A DNA stretch of 64,000 nucleotides from Terriglobales bacterium (GTDB taxonomy: Bacteria; Acidobacteriota; Terriglobia; Terriglobales; Acidobacteriaceae), in assembly GCA_963706465.1 (NCBI GenBank), contig CAVPMC010000008.1, forward strand, positions 30,403-94,402, given 5' to 3'. The translations under genes and the position numbers were made by a program. Below the pieces are notes generated by a model. That model saw nothing but the letters and a program-made list of their open reading frames with translations. It did not search any database and had not been told where the DNA came from. This document shows, piece by piece, positions 9,830 through 17,493 of the stretch (position 1 is the first letter of the stretch; each line of letters opens with the position of its first letter).

Positions 9830-10459
9830 TTGCGTCTTTTTTGGGCACTCATCCGTATTACGAGTATGGTCGGGGTGACCGCACTATCGCTGGAGGGGCT
9901 TGTGGCAGTGGATGCGGATGTGGTCCGGCTTCGCCGAGGCGACCTGAACGCTCTCTCGGAACTGATTGCCCGGTACCAGAATCGCCTGTATCGGTACCTG
10001 CTGCGCATCGTGCGGCAGCCCGCCGAGGCGGAAGACCTGTTCCAGCAAACATGGTTGAGAGTGGTCGAGAAGATTCGTTCCTTTGATGCAAGCCGCAATT
10101 TCGACGCCTGGCTGTTCACGCTGGCGCGCAACCTGGCGATCGATCATTTGCGCCGGATTCGTCCGCAGAGCCTCGACGAGCCGCTCGCCAACAGCTGGCA
10201 TAACGAAACCGTGGCGGACCGGATTCCGTGTAAAGACCACACGCCGCTCGATCACGCGCTCGCGGCCGAGCGCCGAACGGAGATCAGCGAAGCGATGGCA
10301 GGGCTGCCGATGATGTATCGCGAAGTCCTCACACTGCGGTTTGAGGATGAGATGAAGATTGAGGAAATCGCGCAGGTTACAGCGGTTCCGGTATCAACGG
10401 TGAAGTCGCGGCTGCGGCGTTCGCTGGAACAATTGCGTTACGCGCTTGAAGCGCGCTAA
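9830..10459 (+). CDS. ECF-type RNA polymerase sigma-70 family factor
   Basis: Region 2 (RYQNRLYRYLLRIVRQPAEAEDLFQQTWLRVV, FDAWLFTLARNLAIDHLRR) and region 4 (YREVLTLRFEDEMKIEEIAQVTAVPVSTVKSRLRR) are both present. The true start may be the internal ATG at 9866. Confidence 0.85.
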   Translation: MRLFWALIRITSMVGVTALSLEGLVAVDADVVRLRRGDLNALSELIARYQNRLYRYLLRIVRQPAEAEDLFQQTWLRVVEKIRSFDASRNFDAWLFTLARNLAIDHLRRIRPQSLDEPLANSWHNETVADRIPCKDHTPLDHALAAERRTEISEAMAGLPMMYREVLTLRFEDEMKIEEIAQVTAVPVSTVKSRLRRSLEQLRYALEAR

Positions 10460-10471
10460 TCGAGGGGCGAC

Positions 10472-10951
10472 ATGGCAATGAGCGAGCACGACAAGATTCG
10501 AGAACTGCTGGCGTTGGCCGCAGCCGACGCGCTGACGAGCGCGGAAGAAAAGCGGGTTGCGGAGCATGTGCGGTCTTGCATCGCCTGCTCGAACGAATTG
10601 CGGGCTTGGCGGCCGATTGCGAGCGAACTCCGCCGATTGCCGACGCCGCAGCCTTCTTCGTGGCTGGTGCAGGCCACGCTGGCGCGTGCGGAGGCGAGGC
10701 ACACCGAGCAGGCCGAGCACGATTGGAACCGCCGCGTAATGATTGTTGTCGTGGCTTTTGCGTGGCTGCTGACGATTGCGAGCTGGCCGGCTTTCCACGT
10801 TGTGAGCGGACGTTTCGGCAGCTTGCTCGATCCGCAGTTCAGCCATACATGGATCAGTTTTGCCGCGTTCACCGCGCTAGGGTGGCTCGCGGGAGGGGTG
10901 GCCGCAGTGATGCTGGCAATCCGGCAGCGCGGCGAAAGGAGGCTGGCATGA
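10472..10951 (+). CDS. Anti-sigma factor (zf-HC2-like, membrane-anchored)
   Basis: It starts 13 nt after the sigma gene. It has an N-terminal H-x3-C-x2-C motif (EHVRSCIACSNEL) followed by two hydrophobic segments. Confidence 0.65.
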   Translation: MAMSEHDKIRELLALAAADALTSAEEKRVAEHVRSCIACSNELRAWRPIASELRRLPTPQPSSWLVQATLARAEARHTEQAEHDWNRRVMIVVVAFAWLLTIASWPAFHVVSGRFGSLLDPQFSHTWISFAAFTALGWLAGGVAAVMLAIRQRGERRLA

Positions 10952-11466
10952 GCCGCTTCACAAAGGAATTGCGCGTGATTCCAAAGGCAGCGTGGATCGT
11001 TGCATGGCTCGTCAATTTGTGCTTCACACTGCCGTTGTTCATCTCTGGCGCACCAACGGATCGGGTAGTAGGCAAATGGCCACGCTGGGGACAAGCGCTG
11101 TGCCTGTGCGCAATGTTCCTGTTCGTGGTGGCTCTGGTTGCGCTGATCGGATACATCTATGGCGACGCGAAGCGGCGGCAGATGCGGTACGTAATGTGGA
11201 CGCTGCTGGCGACCTTCGTTCCTAATGGGATTGGAATGATCTTGTACTTCATTCTCCGCGACCCTCTGCCGAAGCCGTGCCCCGGCTGCGGGCATATGGA
11301 AAAGGCAAAATTCGCATTCTGTCCGCGCTGCGGCACTTTGCTGCAGCCAACGTGCCCGAAATGTGAGAAGCCCGTTGAGCCCACTTGGGCGAATTGCGCG
11401 CATTGCGGACAGCAACTGCCCGAGCCGGCGACGCGAGCTACACAAAATCCCTCTGTGGCGACGTGA
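10948..11466 (+). CDS. Membrane protein with PLDc_N-like helix pair and C-terminal double zinc ribbon
   Basis: The ATG at 10948 overlaps the anti-sigma stop (ATGA) and follows GGAGG. Contains WTLLATFVPNGIGMILYFILRD and then CPGCG...CPRCG...CPKC...CAHCG. Confidence 0.6.
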   Translation: MSRFTKELRVIPKAAWIVAWLVNLCFTLPLFISGAPTDRVVGKWPRWGQALCLCAMFLFVVALVALIGYIYGDAKRRQMRYVMWTLLATFVPNGIGMILYFILRDPLPKPCPGCGHMEKAKFAFCPRCGTLLQPTCPKCEKPVEPTWANCAHCGQQLPEPATRATQNPSVAT

Positions 11467-11591
11467 CGCCGTGCGCCTTACGCTGGAGGAGGCAGCGTGC
11501 CGCCAGTTGCCCCTTCAAGATGATCTCTTTCTCAAACATCAAAGAAGATACTTCCGCGATTGCCTCCAAAACCCACTGGACAGGTGGTTCG

Positions 11592-14300
11592 CTATGCTTC
11601 TCTCAGCGCAATCATTGGATCCACCTTGGTTGCGCGCCGGGCTGGAAGGTAGCTGGCTAGAACGGCAACGGCAAACAAAAGCACAGGCACGATCACGAAC
11701 ACAGCCGGATCATGCGGGCGCACCCCGTAAAGCAAACTGCCCATCAATGACGCAGTGGATGCAGAAAGGACCGTGCCGGCTACAATTCCGAGGCCCGCCA
11801 GCACCATACCCTTTTGCAAGAACAGCTTCAGGACGCCGCCTCGCCCGGCCCCCAGGGCCATGCGGATACCGATCTCGCGCGATCTTTGGCTGACCATATA
11901 AGCCAGCAAGCCATAAATTCCGATGGAGGCCAGAAGCACCGCCAGTCCGGCGAATCCGCCCACCAGGTCGGCAGAAAAACGGCGTGAAGCCAGCGACCGA
12001 TCAAGGATGTCGTTCATAGAAGAAACATTAAATACGGGCAGTCCGGGATCAATGCTCTGGATTTCATGTCGAATCTGTGGTGCGAGCAGGGTCGCGGGCA
12101 GAGACGTCCGCAACACCACGCTCACTTCCTTGCTGGGGTCTTGATAGGTCGAAACGAAGATGTGGGGAACGCCATCGATGTCGAGACCGTCACTCTTGAT
12201 ATCCTTAATAATACCTACGACGGTCGTCCATGGCTTGGTAGGGTTTCTTGCGAACCGCACTTGGCGGCCCAACGGATCGCGGTTTGGCCAATACTTACGA
12301 GCGGTGCTTTCATCAATGATGGCCACCGGCTGTTTGCCGTCTTCATCGCCCTCGGTGAATGAGCGGCCGCGTAGGAGCGTCGCCTGCAACACCTTAAAAT
12401 AATCGGGGCTTATCCGAATTCTCTCGGCGCGCAGATCCTGCGAGGACTCGACCGGTCTATCTTCAATCGCGAAGCCTTCAATCGCTACGCCATCGACCGC
12501 GTTGGGGTTGCTATTGGTGGTCGGTAGAGATGAGGTGATTGCGGCGAGTTCTACTCCCGGAATTGCCTTCATGCGCCGCAGCAACTCACGATCAAAGGTG
12601 GCCTTACCAGGAATACCGAGATACGGATCCGTCTTCGGATCGTTGGGAACTCCTAGCCACGTGTTTGCCGTGACAACTTGAGTTGGACTAAAGCCTGGAT
12701 TTTCCTGCAACAGATCCCGCAGCGTACGCAGCAGCAAGCCGGCTCCCACCATCAGTATGACGGCGAACGCCAACTCCGAGACGATTAGAACATCCCGCAA
12801 TCGGCCGGTCGTCGTGCTGTAGCCGGAACCGCGACCGCCTTCACGAATGGCCGAGGAGAGAGCGACTTTTGCCGAATGAAGCGCTGGAGCAAGTCCAAAC
12901 ACTAAGCCGGTAAGAATGGAAATCAGCAGAGCGAATGCCAGTACCACCCAGTCGATTCGTACTTCGTTGAGCCGGGGAACGTTCGATGGCACAAAGCGCA
13001 GGATGAAACCTAAAGTACCCACTGCGGTTACGATTCCCGCGGCACCGCCGATGAGCGACAGCAGCATGGACTCGGTCAGCATCTGGCGCACCATGCGGCC
13101 GCGACTCGCCCCCAGCGCTAACCGCACCGCCATCTCTTGTTGTCGGCCCGAAGCGCGCGCCAAGAGGAGATTGGCAATGTTCAACGATACGATGAAAACG
13201 ATCAGGATTACCGCACCCAGTAACACCAGCAGCATGGGCCGGACATTGCCCACCAAAGTTTCTTGCAATGGTTGAATCTCAATTGTCCATTGCGCCTGCG
13301 GCGGGTAATCGGTGGGAAAGTCGTGGCGCAATTGGGCAGCCATGGCAGTGAGCCGCGCCTGAGCTTGCGCCAGTGTCAGGCCAGGCTTAAGTCGTCCGAT
13401 TCCATTTATTAAAATCCGGGTACCACGCATTGGCGGGGGAAAGGGATCTCCGCTGAATCCGCCGGCGCCAAACACGTCCGCGTCGCCGAAAACCGTCGGT
13501 CCAGGATGGCGAAATCCGCGTGGCAGAACCCCAATAATTGTAAGGGGATCACCGTCGATCCGGATGGTACGGCCGACAACATTCGGATCGGCGCCATAGC
13601 CACGGCGCCACAGGCCATCGCTGATCACGGCCTCTGGAGCGAAACCAGGCGCGAAGTCCTGCGGACCATACAACCGTCCAATTTGCGGGATCACACCCAG
13701 CATGGAAAAGTAGCTGAAACTGCCATTGACCCCCTCGACACGCTCGGGCTGTTTGGTGCCGGTCAAATTCTCGCTACCCTCAAAGATCGGGGTCACATCT
13801 TCAAAGACACCCGCTCGCGTCTGCAGGTCATCCAGTTCGGGCTTGGAAAACGTAACGTCCCGCAATCCTACGCCGGGCTCGTTAAAGTAGATTCTTACCA
13901 GACGATCGGGATCGCGGTAGGGCAGAGAACGCAGCAACACGGCATTCACGATGCTGAAAATGGCCGTGTTGGCTCCCACGCCCAGAGCCAGGGTCAAAAT
14001 CGCAACCGCGGTGAAACCTGGATTCTTGCGCAACAATCTCACTCCATGACGCATGTCCGAACCTAGTTCACCCCACCAGCGCACCCCCACGGATGCCCGC
14101 ATGGCATCTTTGTGAGACTCGATTCCGCCGAACTCAATCCTCGCCTGTCGCATCGCTTCTTGCTGGGAAAGGCCTTTGCGAACCAGGTCCGCAGCCCGGC
14201 TCTGAAGGTGGAAATGCAGCTCTGTTTCCATTTCACTTTCAAGACGTTGTGCCTTGACCATCCACTTCAACCAAGAAAGGAATCGAGTCAGAAGATTCAT
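11592..14300 (-). CDS. Duplicated orphan permease (ADOP; MacB/FtsX-type, two MacB_PCD+FtsX modules, no adjacent ATPase)
   Basis: ~900 aa. N-terminus MNLLTRFLSWLKWMVKAQRLESEMETELHFHLQSRAADLVRKGLSQQEAMRQARIEFGG is typical of this family. There are two FtsX-type 4-TM blocks. The ATG at 14300 overlaps the PadR stop (ATGA). Confidence 0.85.
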   Translation of the reverse strand: MNLLTRFLSWLKWMVKAQRLESEMETELHFHLQSRAADLVRKGLSQQEAMRQARIEFGGIESHKDAMRASVGVRWWGELGSDMRHGVRLLRKNPGFTAVAILTLALGVGANTAIFSIVNAVLLRSLPYRDPDRLVRIYFNEPGVGLRDVTFSKPELDDLQTRAGVFEDVTPIFEGSENLTGTKQPERVEGVNGSFSYFSMLGVIPQIGRLYGPQDFAPGFAPEAVISDGLWRRGYGADPNVVGRTIRIDGDPLTIIGVLPRGFRHPGPTVFGDADVFGAGGFSGDPFPPPMRGTRILINGIGRLKPGLTLAQAQARLTAMAAQLRHDFPTDYPPQAQWTIEIQPLQETLVGNVRPMLLVLLGAVILIVFIVSLNIANLLLARASGRQQEMAVRLALGASRGRMVRQMLTESMLLSLIGGAAGIVTAVGTLGFILRFVPSNVPRLNEVRIDWVVLAFALLISILTGLVFGLAPALHSAKVALSSAIREGGRGSGYSTTTGRLRDVLIVSELAFAVILMVGAGLLLRTLRDLLQENPGFSPTQVVTANTWLGVPNDPKTDPYLGIPGKATFDRELLRRMKAIPGVELAAITSSLPTTNSNPNAVDGVAIEGFAIEDRPVESSQDLRAERIRISPDYFKVLQATLLRGRSFTEGDEDGKQPVAIIDESTARKYWPNRDPLGRQVRFARNPTKPWTTVVGIIKDIKSDGLDIDGVPHIFVSTYQDPSKEVSVVLRTSLPATLLAPQIRHEIQSIDPGLPVFNVSSMNDILDRSLASRRFSADLVGGFAGLAVLLASIGIYGLLAYMVSQRSREIGIRMALGAGRGGVLKLFLQKGMVLAGLGIVAGTVLSASTASLMGSLLYGVRPHDPAVFVIVPVLLFAVAVLASYLPARRATKVDPMIALREA

Positions 14301-14680
14301 ATCCGCTCCGAGGTGGTGCGCAGGATACTGGCGATCAACGATGCCATGCGGTTCCACTTTTCGGTTTCCGAATGGAGTTGGCGCCGCCCGGTCGCGGTCA
14401 GGCTATAGAACTTTGCTTTGCGGTTGTTGTCCGATTCCCCCCACTCGCTGGCGATCCAGCCCTGATGTTCCAGACGATAGAGCGCTGGATATAACGAGCC
14501 TTGCTGGATCTCCAGTTGTTCGCCAGAGATCTGCTGAATGCGGAGCAAAACCCCGTAGCCGTGCAGCGGGCCAAGCGAGACAGCTTTGAGGATCAGCATG
14601 TCCAGCGTGCCCTGCAGCAAATCAATTTGTTTGCCCACGACCTCTCCTTGTTTGTCTAGGAGAGGTTTAACAAAACTCAC
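14297..14680 (-). CDS. PadR-family transcriptional regulator
   Basis: LLQGTLDMLILKAVSLGPLHGYGVLLRIQQISGEQLEIQQGSLYPALYRLEHQGWI...KFYSLTATGRRQL. Confidence 0.85.
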   Translation of the reverse strand: MSFVKPLLDKQGEVVGKQIDLLQGTLDMLILKAVSLGPLHGYGVLLRIQQISGEQLEIQQGSLYPALYRLEHQGWIASEWGESDNNRKAKFYSLTATGRRQLHSETEKWNRMASLIASILRTTSERI

Positions 14681-14874
14681 CTAGATAGTCAAGGAGAGAG
14701 TATTTTTGCGGAAAGATTCCCCTGATTAAGGGCAAACCTTCAATAATCCAAAGTGCCAGCGTTGGCCGGCAATTTTCTGGCCGGGCTACACTGGAAGAGG
14801 CCCGGTGCCGACTCGCTAGGTGATGTGAAGGATTCGTCGCAGAAAAACCAGCAGCTGCAGGGACAGAAAGGGGC

Positions 14875-15430
14875 TTGGTGAGAGTCGCCACCTACAACAT
14901 CAACAACATCAATAAGCGGCTCGACAATCTCTTGGCTTGGTTAGCGAAAGCTGAACCGGACGTGGTGAGTCTCCAAGAGCTCAAGGCAGAGCAGGAAGCC
15001 TTTCCCGTAAACTCCCTTCGGACTCTCGGGTACGAAGCGGTCTGGCAGGGAGAGCGCTCCCGGAGCGGCGTGGCCATTCTCGCGCAACACCACGTTCCCG
15101 TGCTGACCTGCACCAGCTTGCCGGGAAATCCTGGAGATCATCAAGCTGCTACATTGAAGCGGCGGTTCAGGGAGTTCTGATCACGGGCCGCTCTGGACAT
15201 TCTGGGATTACAAATTTGAACGGTGGCAGAAGGACAAAAGCATGCGACTCGATCACTTTCTGCTATCGCCGAATTTGTCGGTCCGGCTCCTGGACGGCGG
15301 CGTTGACCGATGGGCGCGTGGACAGGAAAAGGCGAGCGACCACGCCCCAACATGGATCATGCTTGATCTCCAGACCAGAGCCGAGGTTCCAGCCAGCGTT
15401 CTTTTGGTCGGACCGATCCCAGCTGCGTAA
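14875..15430 (+). pseudogene. xth: Exodeoxyribonuclease III with frameshift and large internal deletion
   Basis: The N-terminal ~90 aa are present (VRVATYNINNINKRLDNLLAWLAKAEPDVVSLQELK...). YIEAAVQGVLIT continues in another frame at ~15150. The sequence then jumps directly to FWDYKFERWQKDKSMRLDHFLLSPNL...ASDHAPTWIMLDL. Roughly 100-130 central codons are missing. Confidence 0.75.
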
Positions 15431-15499
15431 AGAGCTGCCTTTTCCGCCCGCCTATGCACTCGTGTCAATTCGCATTCGCAATTTGACTCGGTGCATCCC

Positions 15500-15658
15500 T
15501 CACCAGATCTTTCCTCGCAGCCAATTTCCCCGAAAAGTTTTGGCAGCAACGTTGAGCGAGTTTTTGACATGCACCCCGTAATATTTCTCGATCATTCCGA
15601 CACTCGTACGACAGTTCTTAGCGATCTGATAGAGGTTGGCTCCCTCCATCAACCGCAT
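15500..15658 (-). pseudogene. Tyrosine recombinase C-terminal remnant (last ~52 codons)
   Basis: My translation is MRLMEGANLYQIAKNCRTSVGMIEKYYGVHVKNSLNVAAKTFRGNWLRGKIW*. This matches integrase C-termini (RL.EG.N.Y.IAKN.GTSV.MIEK.Y, which contains the catalytic Tyr region). An in-frame TAG lies just upstream. Confidence 0.55.
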
Positions 15659-16007
15659 GCTGATATCGGGGCACGATCTTGCGAACTACGGATGGGGGAT
15701 TCTCTGCCGAGGTGTGTCCATTCAGGAGCATGAAGCGGATGGGTTCATGGAAACCGGAATTCTTTTTGCCCGACACATTCCCCACTCAGGAGTCTGCGAT
15801 TGTGGCAGGAATTCAGGTTGGGCGGCAGAAGATTGACGCGGGCTTAGAGCGGAGACGTGCGGTCGTGAACGGATGAGCGGGCACGCAAATACCGAGCTTG
15901 CGTAAAACTGTGTGTAAAGAAAACCTGAAATTTCGGCTGGGAAGTTGGGTTTAGAGTCACCGAGCCAGTTGTGAGATTGGCTCAACCCATTGAAACCAAA
16001 CAGTGGA

Positions 16008-16060
16008 GTTGGTTGCGGGGGGTGGATTTGAACCACCGACCTTTGGGTTATGAGCCCAAC
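16008..16060. repeat. Distal att repeat: orphan copy of the 3' half of tRNA-fMet
   Basis: GTTGGTTGCGGGGGGTGGATTTGAACCACCGACCTTTGGGTTATGAGCCCAAC is identical to 28033-28085. Sequence beyond 16060 diverges from the tRNA, so no D-arm or 5' acceptor is present. Confidence 0.85.
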
Positions 16061-16139
16061 AGGACAACGCTAAGTCTCATTGATTCTGCTACCCCTATCC
16101 CCGCAACAGCCTAACAAACGGCTCTAATTGGCCGAGTTT

Positions 16140-16164
16140 TGGTGCCATTTTGGTGCCAACTCGG
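16140..16164 (+). promoter_or_regulatory. Paired TGGTGCCA repeats (candidate integrase arm-type sites), distal end
   Basis: TGGTGCCAtttTGGTGCCAACTCGG. Nearly the same string occurs at 27979-28002. Both lie just inside the att repeats. Confidence 0.35.
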
Positions 16165-16173
16165 AGCACTTGA

Positions 16174-16602
16174 GTGAGCCACAGCAAAACCCAAAAAACC
16201 ACCGCCCGCGTGAGGACGCTCGACCCAACTGTTGCGAGCTGCCGCCCCACGGACAATGCCTTTGTGACCGAATCCCTGATCTCCTTGCGAGCGGAGGTCC
16301 GCAAACTCACGCGACTCATTAAGTCCTACCTGCTGCGGCCAGGCCCAGGCCGACCCCGCCATCCCAAGATCACTCTTGCGGTGAACATGCACACTAACGG
16401 GAAGGGTTGGCGAGAGATCTTTGCGATGTGTTTGCCTGATCGCGTTCTCTACGATTCGAGCGACGCATACAGAAAGGCTAAGCAAGGGCTCAAGAAAGCA
16501 GTCCGACTCCGCGAGAAGCGCAGTCAAGCCGGGGAACAGTCGCGAGAGTCGTCCGTGTTTTCTGTCGATACAAGCGTGAACGTTAGAGGGAGTACAGGTT
16601 GA
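16174..16602 (+). CDS. Hypothetical protein (first ORF inside the element)
   Basis: 142-aa ORF with a GTG start. It is basic and contains a GRPRHPKITL motif reminiscent of small DNA-binding proteins. I recognise no family. Confidence 0.35.
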   Translation: MSHSKTQKTTARVRTLDPTVASCRPTDNAFVTESLISLRAEVRKLTRLIKSYLLRPGPGRPRHPKITLAVNMHTNGKGWREIFAMCLPDRVLYDSSDAYRKAKQGLKKAVRLREKRSQAGEQSRESSVFSVDTSVNVRGSTG

Positions 16603-16864
16603 CGAACTGCGATTTTACACGCTGAACCGGGTCAATGCATTATGAAAGAGCGCCCCGATGGAGAGGGTCAAATGGATGGCGCGCCGCCTCCGCTCCGCTA
16701 CGCTGTGCCGGGCTCCGCTCCGCTACGGCGGCGAGAGAGTTAGTGTGCGGGATGGGAAAGAAGAGCAGGAAGGCATAGGCAAATCGGCGGGAGGATGGCA
16801 CTTTACCTTAGGGGAAAGATAAGCGTTGGCACGAATGATCTTTTCCCCCAAGGAGGCAACTGCA

Positions 16865-17230
16865 ATGAGTCGCGAGATCAAGTATATCGGCATGGACGTA
16901 CACCAGGAAGCGATTGTGATCGCGGTCCTGAATGGCAGTGGGAAGCTGGTCATGGAAACCATCCTGGAAACCAAAGCCAGCAGCCTTCTGCAGTTCCTCG
17001 GCGGTCTTCGGGGCGAGCTGCATGTGACCTGGGAAGAAGGGACCTGGGCGGCCTGGCTGTACGATCTGCTGCAGCCGCAGGTGCAGCAAGTTCTGGTCTG
17101 CAACCCGCGGCGCAATGCCTTATTAAAGGAGGGGAACAAGAGCGACAAGGTGGATGCGCGCAAGCTGGCCGAGTTGCTGCGCAGCGGAATGCTACGACCG
17201 GTCTACCACGGAGAAAACGGACTACGGACG
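16865..17230 (+). pseudogene. IS110-family transposase, N-terminal (DEDD/RuvC-like) fragment only
   Basis: The ATG at 16865 follows AAGGAGG. MSREIKYIGMDVHQEAIVIAVL...VLVCNPRRNALLKEGNKSDKVDARKLAELLRSGMLRPVYHGENGLRT matches the IS110 N-domain. Similarity ends at ~17230, and no C-terminal Tnp domain is found in any frame. Confidence 0.7.
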
Positions 17231-17493
17231 GGGCTGGATGTAAGTCACCACACCCGCATCTCTCCGAGGGGCGGGGAGAAGTATTTTTTCTTGACATCCT
17301 CTTTCATAGGATGAGCGTAATAGAGATTTATCGCCAACCATCCTCTTGAGCCGCCGCCAACTCCACCGCTTTCATTGACGAGGATAGCTATAGAGGCCGG
17401 GAAAATTCCTACACCCTTGCCTCGGAAAAATTCCGATACCCCTTAGTACAAGAGTGACCGATTTGCCCTGCCAGGGCCGCAAACAAACCTGAA

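Noticed and set aside
10456-11445. 329-aa ORF antisense to the anti-sigma and zinc-ribbon genes
   Set aside because: The plus-strand genes form a coupled operon with recognisable motifs. This is a shadow ORF.
15722-16036. ORFs starting MVQIHPPQPT at both island ends (15722-16036 and 27783-28061)
   Set aside because: The shared N-terminus is just the translation of the 53-bp tRNA-derived repeat. It is not a protein.
16688-16727. Tandem 15-mer as a possible CRISPR array
   Set aside because: There are only two copies, with a 25-nt period and a 10-nt spacer. No array and no cas genes are present.
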